Position numbers and translations under genes: made by a program
Notes under the pieces: generated by a model
The model's input: only the letters and a program-made list of their open reading frames with translations
The model's database searches: none
Told to the model about the DNA's origin: nothing
Shown: positions 48,647-59,163 of the stretch, piece by piece
Layout of the letters: every line of letters starts with the position of its first letter
Numbering within the stretch: position 1 is the stretch's first letter
DNA from: Octopus vulgaris
Taxonomy: Eukaryota
NCBI GenBank assembly: GCA_951406725.2
Contig: OX597819.1
Location: forward strand, 129,518,001 to 129,582,000
Length of the DNA stretch: 64,000 nucleotides
Reading direction: 5' to 3'

Positions 48647-50045
48647 GAGTTCTTAAGGTAAACTTAGTGAAGACCAAGGTCCAAGTAAGCAAGAATTTGG
48701 ACAGGGCCCTTCATCTGTCAGGTAAATGGTCCTTGATATGTAGGAGGGGTGTAGGTAGATATTCCATTTGGTGTACCTAGTGCAAGCTGTGGATACACAA
48801 GTGGAATAGTTGGAAGATTAACAGAGAAAGTAGAGTTCACATGTGGAAGATGTACAGAAGCCATAAAGACCACAGAATACTGGTTTCCTTAAAATGTCTC
48901 AGAGGCTCTCTGGAAGTTGTAGATGAATTTTTGCTACCTAGGTGACCTAATAAGTAGTGGAGGAGGTTGTGCAGAATGTGTAATTGCTAGAATAAGAATA
49001 AGATGGAGAGAACTCTGAGACCTTCTGCATCTGTTGGCAACCAAAGGTCTTTCTTGCTGAGTGAAGGGAAGATTGTTAATGGTGCATGTGTACAAACTGA
49101 TGCTGCATGGGAGTGGGACCTGAATGTGGAGAAGCAAAAAAAGCAGGTATTCTGTTGTGCCTGGGGAAAGTCATTTTGTTTTTGTGCCTTATTATGTAAC
49201 ACATTCACCGGTAAAATTTCCACGTTTTTCTTATTTTTTTGTCCTAAAATTTTCGTTGTGTCTTGCAACCGTTTCAATAGTTTTGAAAGAGAGTTTTGAA
49301 AGAGAGTTTTGAGAGAGTCAAAGCTATTGAAACGGTTGCAAGACAACGAAAATTTTCGAACAATAAAAATAAGAAAAACGTGGAAATTTTACCGGTGAGT
49401 GTGTTACATAACAAGGCACAAAAACAAAATGACTTTCCCCAGACACAACAGAATATGCTTCAACACACGAACTCATATAAAGGATCTTGCAAACCAAATC
49501 CAAAAACGAAATATAAAAAGCTGGTATTGTCTGCTGGATGTGAGGTGTCAGTGTGCATGTGTGACAGAGCACTGGTGTATTAAAGGAGTTGAGCATAAGA
49601 GGAATTATATGCAGGGTGCAAGACTGGAGACTGGGCTGGTTCAGTCATGGATGAAGACAGTTGCATAAAGAAGTGCCAGTCACTTAAAGTGGAAGAGAGA
49701 GACCCAGGAAGACATGTGACAAAGTATTGAAAGCTGATCTCAAAATGCTGAGCGTCACGAAGGTGATGACAGAGGACTGAGATATGTGGTACATTGCTGA
49801 ACTTGAGAAGACCTGCCCACCACAACAGAATTGAGATCCTAAAACTAAGGTGTCACATAAAAAGTGTTGGTGTGGGTACTGGTGTCACATAAAAAGCTCT
49901 GATACTGGTGCCACTTAAAAAGCACTGTTGATGGTGCCACATAAAAAGGCACCAAGTACATTGTGGAATGGTTGGTGTTAGGAAGGGCATCCAGCTGTAG
50001 AAACCAAGCCAAAACAGACTATGGAACCTGGTGTGACCCCTAGTC
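48647..50045 (+). mobile_element. Decayed RTE (BovB-like) LINE 3' part continuing into a family A-type 3'UTR; interrupted by PLE F1
   Basis: LKVNLVKTK..C.LWIHK..CGRCT..LEVVDEF/YLGDLISSGGGC..ARIR..W; after the insert MDEDSCIKKCQSLKVE..ELEKTC; then ggtgYcacataaaa modules and ggaagggcatccagctgtag. Confidence 0.8.
49152..49514. mobile_element. Palindromic PLE-type insertion, family F1
   Basis: Arms ~49152-49281 and ~49324-49454 inverted; TSD aaaaagc(a/t)ggtatt at 49138-49151 and 49515-49528; hammerhead-like fold in both arms. Confidence 0.8.
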
Positions 50046-50895
50046 AACACTCACCTAGTTCCAAGCAAGGCATTTTTTCCTATGAGCAGACATGCTTCCA
50101 TTGAAAATTGGAAATGAAGGGTGCTGCTTGTATAACAGTGACACTTGCTTACAGTTATCATACTCTGTCAAGATAAGGAAAACAAACACACACACACACA
50201 CACATTTATATATACAGATACAATAGGTCTCTGGCTACAAAATCTATTCACAAGGTCTTGGTTGGTTTGAAGCCGGAATAGAAGATACTTGCCCCAGGTG
50301 TTTAGCATTAGGAAGGGCATCCAGCTGAAGAAACCACTCCAAAGCAGTTGTGGGAACACAATGAAGTTCTTGGTCCATTGGATCTTGACAAACCATCCAA
50401 CCATGCCAGCATGGAAGATGGATGTTACATAGTGATGATGATGATGATGATGATGATATATTTTATTAGTTAGATCTGGAAGAAGGTGCATTGGTCCTTG
50501 GTCAATCTCACCTGCTTTCAAGACTGGTGAGATTGATGCTGTTAACATTTTGCTTAAATTGTTACTAGTTGAATACTGGAGGTAAGATGTATAGAGGTGG
50601 GAGTGATTTCCAAAGGACTGACATTCTAGGGTGGAAGGACTAGGTGTAGGGGTTAGTGCAGGGATTTGATGAAGGTGTTAAACACAACATATTACAAAAA
50701 AGGGGAAATAAGTGAGTTGAGAATGAAGTTGAACATGAGACCAGATAGCTCTGAATAAGAGAGGCTATTGAAAAAAAAAAAATTAAATGGAATAGGCATG
50801 GTTAGAATGCTTTAGATCATAGATCTCTTTGTTAGTGGTTATCCTGGGGATAAACGGCCAGAACACTTTAAAATTATTTTAAAAATATATAAATA

Positions 50896-51283
50896 CTAGC
50901 AGTATCGCCCGGCGTTGCTCGGGTTTGTAAGGGAAATAACTATATAAGCATTTTTAGAGATGTAAAGTATAATAGCCATCTCAATATGGCTAACCACAAA
51001 GGGGTGGGGGTGTTACTGTAGCTTTTTATGTTCTGAGATTTAATAATACATTTTTAGAGAGTTACTTCCCTTATATATGCCAAAAATGCATTAAAAATGG
51101 AAAAAATTGATGGTAAATTATTTTTTAAATCGTAGACACGCGCTAATACCCAGAAGGGCTCGATATGAATCACGACTATAAGATACCCGGTTTTGGTTAA
51201 ACTGCACTGCAAAATGTGGGAGTAGTTAGGAATCTAAATCGTAGGAGACAGACAGCACACAACCTCTCTTTTATATATAAAGA
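50896..51283 (-). mobile_element. Non-autonomous Helitron
   Basis: Minus strand: A|TCtttatatataaaag 5' end, subterminal hairpin cccgagcaacgccggg, CTAG|T 3' end, no TSD. Confidence 0.85.
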
Positions 51284-51396
51284 TGTATAAGGAAGATCAA
51301 TGCAAAACAAACTCTAATGGAAATAGTTTGAACATGACTTTTATAATTTTCCTGAACTTGGAACGAAGAAACAAAATGAAATTAAATATAAACAAA

Positions 51397-51806
51397 GGCG
51401 TAGGAGTGGCTGTGTGGTAAGTAGCTTGCTTACCAACCACATGGTCCCGGGTTCAGTCCCACTGCGTGGCACCTTAGGCAAGTGTCTTCTACTATAGTCT
51501 CGGGCTGACCAAAGCCTTGTGAGTGGATTTGGCAGACGGAAACTAAAAAGAAGTCCGTCGTATATATGTATATATATATGCGTGTGTGTGTTTGTGTATA
51601 GGTTTGTGTGTCTGTGTTTGTTCCCCCCAACATCGCTTGACAACCAATGCTGGTGTGTTTACGTCCCCGTAACTTAGCGGTTTGGCAAAGGAGACTGATA
51701 GAGTAAGTACTAGGCTTACAAAGAATAAGTCCTGGGGTCGATTTTCCTCGACTAAAGGCGGTGCTCCAGCATGGCCACAGTCAAATGACCGAAACAAGTG
51801 AAAAAC
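51397..51806 (+). mobile_element. SINE family B, full
   Basis: ggcgtaggagtggctgtgtggtaag head, internal microsatellite, gaaacaagtgaaaa end. Confidence 0.9.
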
Positions 51807-51999
51807 AAAAAAAGGCATGAAAGTAGAGAACAAAACCGCAACAATTTATTATTCAATTCCAAAAATGTAATCATGTAACTTGTTGTTTATAAACAAGCAA
51901 ATTTGATTTTTGCAACTTTTTTTTTCACATTAGTAAAATATAAATTATGAATTTTGCATCCCTTTCAATTTTGTTTTGGAAGGCATGTGTGTGTGTGTG

Positions 52000-52445
52000 T
52001 GTGATGCATGTGGATGAGGACAGTTGCATAAAGAGATGCTGATCTCTAACTGTGGAGGGAACCTGTGGAAGAGGTAGACCCAAGATGATGGAGGAGGAGC
52101 TGGGGAAATACGGTCTTCAGATGTTGAGTCTCATGGAGGCAATGACAAGTGACGGAGTTTGTTGGTGATTTGCTGTGCTTGAAAAGACATGTTAAGTTTA
52201 GTGAAATTATGGTTGTGGCCAGTTCCAGTGACACACAAAGGGTGTCTGTGCTGGTGACACATAAAAAGCATCCATGCTAGTAATACGTTGAAGACACCTG
52301 GTATACTCTGTAGAGTGGTTGGCATTAAGAAGTGCATCCAGCCGTAGAGACCATACCAAAACAAACTGAAGCCTGGTGCAGCTCCAGTCAAACCATCTAA
52401 CCCAATCCAGTATAGAAAATGGACACTAAGTGATGACGATGGTGA
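52000..52445 (+). mobile_element. RTE LINE ORF end joined to family A 3'UTR
   Basis: MHVDEDSCIKRC*SLTVEGTCGRGRPK..AVLEKTC then module, core and gatgac tail. Confidence 0.8.
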
Positions 52446-52469
52446 TATATATATATATATATATATATA

Positions 52470-52605
52470 TACCGGAGTAAACACATAAATGTGAAACAAG
52501 GTGGAAAACAGAGTACTCAAATACCAGTGGTAGAGTAATATGCCTTATTTAAAGCAACAGAAAATTCAACAATTTGTTGAATTTTCTGCTGCTTTAAATA
52601 AAGTA
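52470..52605. mobile_element. Palindromic PLE-type insertion, family F5 (short)
   Basis: Palindrome centred on ttcaacaatttgttgaa; long arm is the reverse complement of ~53955-54057. Confidence 0.65.
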
Positions 52606-52617
52606 TATATATATATA

Positions 52618-52830
52618 TTGGTAAAACGGTAAGATAACAAAAGAAAGAAAGAGACCTCAATATTATGTGAATAGAGGAAATTTATCTATAAAATAATATG
52701 TTACATTACTCGGTAGTCAAGATAAAACTCTGAGCCAGATAACCGAAGAGATGACGTTGTGGATTCCCACTTCGGCATCTAAAACTCAGAGTTTTATCTT
52801 GACTATCGAGTAATGTAACATATTATTTTA
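52618..52830. mobile_element. Palindromic PLE-type insertion, family F3
   Basis: agataa-CCGAAGA-gatg..catc-taaaa-ctcagag-TT-ttatct at 52737-52799; inverted arm ~52690-52734. Confidence 0.7.
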
Positions 52831-52862
52831 TATATATATATATATATACATACATACATATA

Positions 52863-53280
52863 TAGATTCAGATGAATATGGTACTTAATACAAAGGCATC
52901 AGAATTCTGTTTGGTATTATCCATATAAATCAAATGGGGTGATTATAATCAAAATAAGCAACAAGGATATCCAAGATAGTGTAGTACAATTGTTTCATGC
53001 TACTTCATTTTATTAAACACTGTAAGTAAAACATCAGTTTTAAAATGTCAAGCAATCTTCAGCCACATATAGAATTTTCCAATCAAACGGACAATGCACA
53101 TTCTTATCCCTATTTCATAAGAATGTGCATTGTCTGTTTAATTGAAAAATTTTATATGTGGCTGAAGATTGCTCGACATTTTAAAACTGATGTAATACTT
53201 ACAGTGTTTAATAAAATGAAGTAGCATGAAACAATTGTACTACTCTACCTTGGATATCCTTGTTGCTTATTTTGATTATA
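52863..53280. mobile_element. Palindromic PLE-type insertion, family F4 (~165-bp arms)
   Basis: ~52944-53108 inverted against ~53117-53280; embedded in (TA)n. Confidence 0.8.
53158..53243 (+). ncRNA. Type I hammerhead ribozyme motif (PLE type, palindromic stem III); inverted copy at ~52981-53066
   Basis: Stem I gtgg/ctac; core CTGAAGA (53162-53168); stem II tgct/agca with long loop; GAAA (53228-53231); stem III ACAATTGT palindrome; cleavage triplet GUA. Confidence 0.7.
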
Positions 53281-53302
53281 TATATATATATATGTATGTG
53301 TG

Positions 53303-53612
53303 TGGAGGCACATTGCCTAGTGATTAGAGCAGTGGACTCATATCATGGTCGTGGGATCGCGGGTTTGAATCACAGACCAGGTGATGTGTGTGTTTATGAG
53401 TGAAGCACCTAAGCTCCATGCGGCTCCAGCAGAAGGTGATGGCGAACTTCTGCTGACTCTTTCGCCACAACTTGCTCTCGCTCCTTCCTCCTGCGTCTAG
53501 CAGCTCACTTGTGATAGATTGTCGTCCTGTTCAGGTGGGAAATTTATATGCCAATGAAACTGAGAAACCAGCCCTTATGAGCAAGGCATAGCTTGAGAAG
53601 AAACAAACAACA
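53303..53612 (+). mobile_element. SINE family D, tail type 3
   Basis: ggaggcacattgcctagtgattagagcagtggactc head; matches 63497-63800. Confidence 0.8.
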
Positions 53613-53799
53613 ATATATATATAGGCAAGATGTGGCTGTGTGGTAAGAAGCTTGCTTCCCAACCACATGGTTCTGGCTTCGGTCCCACTGCGTGGCACCT
53701 TGGGCAAGTGTCTTCTACTATAGCCTTGGGCCGACCAAAGCCTTGTGAGTGGATTTGGTAGACAGAAAGAAGCATGATTATATATATATATATATATAT

Positions 53800-54057
53800 A
53801 TACTTTATTTTAAGCAGCAGAAAATTCAACAAAATCTGTTACTCTGAGTTTCTTGTCGTTCATCAGACAGTTTTGCTAGAATGGAACTGATATATCAATT
53901 CCATTCTAGCAAAAACTGTCTGATGAACGCAACGAGAAACTCAGAGTAACAGATTTTGTTGAATTTTCTGCTGCTTAAAATAAAGCATATTACTCTACCA
54001 CTGGTATTTGAGTACTCTTTTTTCCACCTTGTTTCACATTTATGTGTTTACTCCGGT
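53800..54057. mobile_element. Palindromic PLE-type insertion, family F5
   Basis: ~53801-53890 inverted against ~53895-53985; centre tgatatatca. Confidence 0.8.
53912..53957 (+). ncRNA. Minimal type I hammerhead ribozyme motif; inverted copy at ~53831-53874
   Basis: aaaactgt-CTGATGA(53920-53926)-acgcaacga-GAAA-ctc a gag-TA-acagatttt: stem I ctgt/acag, tiny stem III, weak stem II. Confidence 0.7.
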
Positions 54058-54754
54058 ATATATATATATATATATATTTATCTGTGTGTGTCTGTGTTTA
54101 TACCCCATTGCTTGACAACTGATGTTGGTGTGTTTATGTCCTTGTAACTTAGTGGTTTGACAAAAGAGACTGATAGAATAGGTACTAGGCTTACAAAGAA
54201 TAAGTCCTGGGGCCAATTTCTTCTACTAAAACCCTGAAGGCAGTGCTCCAGCATGGCTGGAGTAAAAGAATATATACATACAGATGAGTGGACAAACAAA
54301 AGTAATTAGCATTCAACACATTTAGTTGAGATTCCAGATATTTAATGATAGTTTGACTCAGCTCTACTTTACTTAGTTTCAGGGATGTGTAGAACCTGTC
54401 CACTTCAGAGACTGTCTGAACATCTGATGAGGTGGACATGTTTGTGTGCCCATGAAACTTCATGTAACTTTGAGCTGAGTCAAACTCTTATTAAATATAT
54501 GTATACACTCAAACACACAACATACCCTTTTGCTGATTTCAGCCACCAGTTCATGGTTATGTTAGAGCACTCTTTTAATTTATTTCAGTTGATTATATTG
54601 TCCCTCAACACTGAGGGATTATTTTATTGGTCTTCTGAGGAAAAAAAAAAAAAATGTTTGGTGTAATGGGAGATAACTATGCTGTGCCTAAACATTGCAA
54701 AATTTTATTTTGTTCATTATGTGCTGATACAAATATAGTGATTCTGGCAAGCCA

Positions 54755-55095
54755 ACCTACCCTGGCACCTGTGCCAGTGGCACGTAAAAAGCACCATCCG
54801 TATGTGGCCGATGCCAGCGCCGCCTTGACTGGCTTCCGTGTTGGTGGCACGTAAAACCCACCAACCGATCTTGACCGTTGCCAGCCTCCCCTGGCACCTG
54901 TGCCGATGGCATGTAAAAAGCACCCACTACACTCACGGAGTGGTTGGCATTAGGAAGGGCATCCAGCTGTAGAAACACTGCCAGATCAGACTGGAGCCTG
55001 GTGCAGCCTCCTGGCTTCCCAGACCCCGGTCGAACCGTCCAACCCATGCTAGCATGGAAAACGGACGTTAAGCGATGATGATGATGATGACGACG
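54755..55095 (+). mobile_element. Repeat family A copy with three modules
   Basis: Modules, core, (gat)n tail. Confidence 0.88.
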
Positions 55096-55461
55096 ACTAT
55101 TTTTCTGTGCTTGATTAGAGTGGATGAGTCTTATGAAACACAGCACTATGCCACTTATAACCCTGTGTCATCTCCTTTGCACTTCCCATGCCTTTCTTGG
55201 TTATTTTCCACAGGTTCCTTCCCCTCGCATTGCTTTGTACCTCTTTATCCAACTCTTATCTTTCAAATGCATCACATGCCTGCACAACAGTTGATTCCTC
55301 TCTCTCTTATACTCAACAGCCGATTTCTCTTATCGTCAGTTTTCTTTTTAGCTTGTATGAACTCCTTTATGCATTTAACATTCATATGCATCACCAATCT
55401 CTAACCACTGTAGCTTCTCTATTACTAAAGTCGATTCCTCTCATGGCTAGTTTTCCTGCTG

Positions 55462-55670
55462 CTGCTGCTTGTTTGTTTGTTTGTTGAGCGAAGCAGTCTT
55501 CACCCCAGAGCTCGCAAGATCACGCCTCAGGATTGTCTGTAGTGGGAGAAGTCCGAAACGTGGTCCTTTGCTATTCGTAAGACCCGCAGAAGAGAAAGCA
55601 GGTCAACCCCCGACACCGAGAGCATCGACGGATGGATGAATGCGCATCCAGGCTCAGCGGTTGCGCAGGA
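55462..55670 (-). mobile_element. SINE family D tail type 2, 5'-truncated
   Basis: Reverse complement of ~37670-37839 with a small insertion. Confidence 0.85.
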
Positions 55671-55939
55671 ACTTCTTCTTTTTCTTCTTCTTCGTCATCA
55701 TCGTCAAGACTGCCTTGTGTTCCAGTGTCTGTTTGGCATTGTTTCTACGACTGCATGTCCTTCCTAATACCAACCACTTTGTAGTGTGTATTGGGTGCTT
55801 TTCTTTTGTGCCACTGAGGTCACCATGCAGATTGCAAATCTGAAGGGGTAGGGTCAGCTTTATGTTAGGAGATGAGGAATGAAAATATAAGAAAAGGAGG
55901 GAGGACAGAGCAGGTCCTTGCAGACGAGCTGCATTCATA

Positions 55940-56222
55940 TACATCATCATTGCTCATCGTTTAACATCTGCTTTCCATGCTAGCATGGGTTAGACGATTT
56001 TGACTGAGGGCTGGCGAACCAGATGGCTGCACCAGGCTCCAATCCGATCTGGCAGAGTTTCTACAGTTGGATGCCCTTCCTAACGCCAACCACTCCGAGA
56101 GTGTAGTGGGTGCTTTTTACGTGCCACTGCCACGGGGGCCAGTCAAGCGGTACTGGCAATGACCTCGCTCGAATCTTTTTGCACATGCCACCGGCACAGG
56201 TGCCAGTTAAGCGACGTTAGAA
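55940..56222 (-). mobile_element. Repeat family A copy
   Basis: Tail, core, modules. Confidence 0.85.
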
Positions 56223-56314
56223 ATGCTAATTTACATATTCAGATGAGTGAGACCCTGAGATACCCACCAGGTGGCTTTTACGTGTCACTGGCATGGGTGC
56301 CTTTTTTGTGTTTA

Positions 56315-56530
56315 GGGTGGTGAGTTGGCTGAATCATTAGCACACTGATAAAAATGCTTAGTGGCATTTCATCCGTCTTTATGCTCTGAGTTCAAATTCC
56401 ACTGAGACTAACTTTGCCTTTCATCCTTTCGGGGTCGATAAAATCAGTACTAGTTGGGCGCTGGAGTTGATGTGATTGACTTACTTCTCTCCCCAAATTG
56501 CTTGTTTTGTGCCAGAATTTGAAATTATTA
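56315..56530 (+). mobile_element. SINE family C, older variant
   Basis: gggtggtgagttggctgaa head; ctttgcctttcatcctttcggggtcgataaa core. Confidence 0.8.
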
Positions 56531-56904
56531 TTACGATTGTGTTTGTTTTGATATTAAGATTTTAAAAACCCAACTTTGTTTGTAAAGTATTTGGACCTGG
56601 GTTTGCACCCCCAAGGCAAATGTCAAGAGTGGATCTACCAGCTTTGAAACATTGAATGTGAAAAGAAACATGTTGAAATTGCTAATTTTTTACTACATGG
56701 CATTCCGTCATAATGTGTTTGAAAAGAGGTAAAATTTATTGAAATTTCAGAAATGATAAACAAAAGTTATAGACAAAGAATAGAACTACGAAACACCATA
56801 AAACACTGATAACAAATATTTTTCATCTTAATTCAAATAATAATGGACAGAAATAAATGAATTTATCTCACAACTCAATACATATATAATATTACAATAA
56901 TTAT

Positions 56905-56959
<55 letters not shown>

Positions 56960-57156
56960 ATGTGTTTATGTATATGTAAGCATAATTCATTATAAATACA
57001 TATATATTATGTAATATATATGTGTGTGTATAAAAAATATATATATGTCATGGATATGTCAATGGATAGCAAAGTGTATATACAATACACACACACACTA
57101 AAATATGTGTGTATATATGGACACATATCTGAACACATACATGCACTCATATTCAC

Positions 57157-57185
<29 letters not shown>

Positions 57186-57187
<2 letters not shown>

Positions 57188-57560
57188 TACTCTTTTACTT
57201 GTTTCAGTCATTTGACTGCGGCCATGCTGGAGTGCCGCCTTTAATCGAGCAACTTATTCTTTTGTAAGCCCAGTACTTATTCTATCGGTCTCTTTTGCCG
57301 AACCGCTAAGTATCGGGGACATAAACACACCAGCATCGGTTGTCAAGCAATGCTAGGGCGACAAACACACACACGCATATATATACATATATACGACGGG
57401 CTTCTTTCAGTTTCCGTCTACCAAATCCACTCACAAGGCTTTGGTCGGCCCGAAGCTATAGTAGAAGACACTTGCCCAAGGTGTCACGCAGTGGGACTGA
57501 ACCTGGAACCATGTGGTTGGTAAACAAGCTACTTACCACACAGCCACTCCTGCGTCTCTA
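57186..57560 (-). mobile_element. SINE family B, near full
   Basis: Matches 46225-46641. Confidence 0.9.
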
Positions 57561-57619
57561 TATATATATATAAAACATTATATACATATAATCATTTTAT
57601 TGGTATACATAGGCACCCA

Positions 57620-57875
57620 TTCATACTGGTGGCATGTAAAAAACACCATTCAAGCATGACTGATGCCAGTGCTGCCTAACTGGCACTCATGCTAGTGGCA
57701 CATAAAAAGCACCCACTACACTCCCGGAGTGGATGGTGTTAGGAAGGGCATCCAGCTGTAGAAACTCTGCCAGATCAGACTGGGCCTGGTGCAGCCTTCT
57801 GGCATGAAGTCCTCAGTCAAACTGATGCCAGTATGGAAAGCAGATGTTAAACGATGCTGATGGATGATGACGATG
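57620..57875 (+). mobile_element. Repeat family A copy
   Basis: Modules, core, tail. Confidence 0.8.
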
Positions 57876-57929
57876 GTATATATATATATATATATATAGC
57901 CAATAATATATATATATATATATATATTC

Positions 57930-58211
57930 ACCGTCATCGTGAGTGACCATGCTATCAGATGTTGCTACACTGCATTGTTTTAGCCTTCAAGTGATGCCAC
58001 CCCGCTGGCTAAGCGAGCAGGCCAACAGAAGAAAGAGTGAAAGGAAGTTGTGGTGAAAGAGTACAGCAAAGATCCTCCCCCCCCTGCTGGAGCCTCGTGG
58101 AGCTTTAGGTGTTTTTACTCAATAAACACTCACAACGCCCGGTCTGGGAATCGAAACTGCGATCCTACAACCGCGAGTTCGCTACCCTAACCTCTGGGCC
58201 ATTGCACCTCC
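57930..58211 (-). mobile_element. SINE family D, tail type 4
   Basis: Head ggaggtgcaatggcccagaggttagggtagcgaactcgcgg; body ctctttcaccacaact; distinct 3' part. Confidence 0.8.
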
Positions 58212-58349
58212 ACACACACACATATATATATATTAGATGAAATAAACATCAGAGATGCTTTGCCCCATGCAGAAACTGAGGAGCTACGCATAAAGGTTTT
58301 TGCAAGGTCTTCTAAATCCATTTCATTGCTTGAACTCCTTCCATAATGT

Positions 58350-58830
58350 AGGTAGGTACCTCAGAGTCTTAAGCGTTTCATCCTTTAGCCTGTACACTTC
58401 ATCTGAGCTTGTCTTCACCTTTGGAAGGGGTCCACTTGTGGTCTCTTATCAACCACAGCCATCTTCAGTTGATTTCAGCTACTGTGACTATTCCTTAATG
58501 GGTTTCTTCAATTGTCTGTGTTCCAGACCTATTTTGTGCAGGAAATGGTGGAAAGTTGTGGCAGCCAACTTCAATGGGAATTAAGACTTCATGCTAGTCT
58601 CGTCAAAATGTGGTTTGCGATGCAAAGAGTTGCTCTGCGCTGCTTGTCTTTAGCTCATATTTTAAGGTTGTTTGCAAGAAAGAGGAGGGACACTTTTCCT
58701 TGGTCAGTGCTCCAGAGTTCCTTTGTCTGGTCCTACTGCCTTTATGCTAAGATCCTCCTTGCTCCAGGTAATGGTGTTTTTCCATCTCTTGGTGCTACAA
58801 TTGCCAATCCCTATTCCTTAACAGACTACT
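58350..58830 (-). pseudogene. HERO-like (REL endonuclease) non-LTR retrotransposon 3' relic
   Basis: PIEVGCHNF...VAEIN*RWLWLIRDHKW resembles the PVEVGCRGF...AE..S.WLW.KR...W C-terminus of HERO-type elements. Confidence 0.6.
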
Positions 58831-58889
58831 CCAACGATCTATATGTATATACATGTAGATATATACATTATATAACTACACACACACAT

Positions 58890-59163
58890 TGATGAAGAAC
58901 ATATCACCCTCAGGCGACCTGCACAAGTGATTTGTTTATAGTGATCAAATGTATACGTAGTACATTAGCTCAGTGCCTCCAGCGACATTGTCTGTACGGG
59001 TACACAAGTGTGCCACCCGTCAAATGTTGAAATGCTCGCAGAGCAACGTGAAACGAAGTGTTTTGCTCAAGAACACAACACGCCGCCCGGTCCAGGAATC
59101 GAACCCACGATCTAGCAATCGTGAGTGCAACACCCCACCCTAACCACTAAGCCACGCGCCCTC
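58890..59163 (-). mobile_element. tRNA-headed SINE, family F
   Basis: gaggcgcgtggcttagtggttaggg..gggttcgattcc head, then ttgtgttcttgagcaaaacactt; diverged relative at ~47500-47790. Confidence 0.7.

Larger units (their letters stand above)
53624..54270 (+). mobile_element. SINE family B split in its internal microsatellite by PLE F5
   Basis: Head ~53624-53770, tail ~54080-54270. Confidence 0.8.

Noticed and set aside
58360-58420. Hammerhead in the HERO-like 3' end (cagatgaag..gaaacgc on the minus strand)
   Set aside because: No intact CUGANGA box and no consistent three-stem pairing could be drawn
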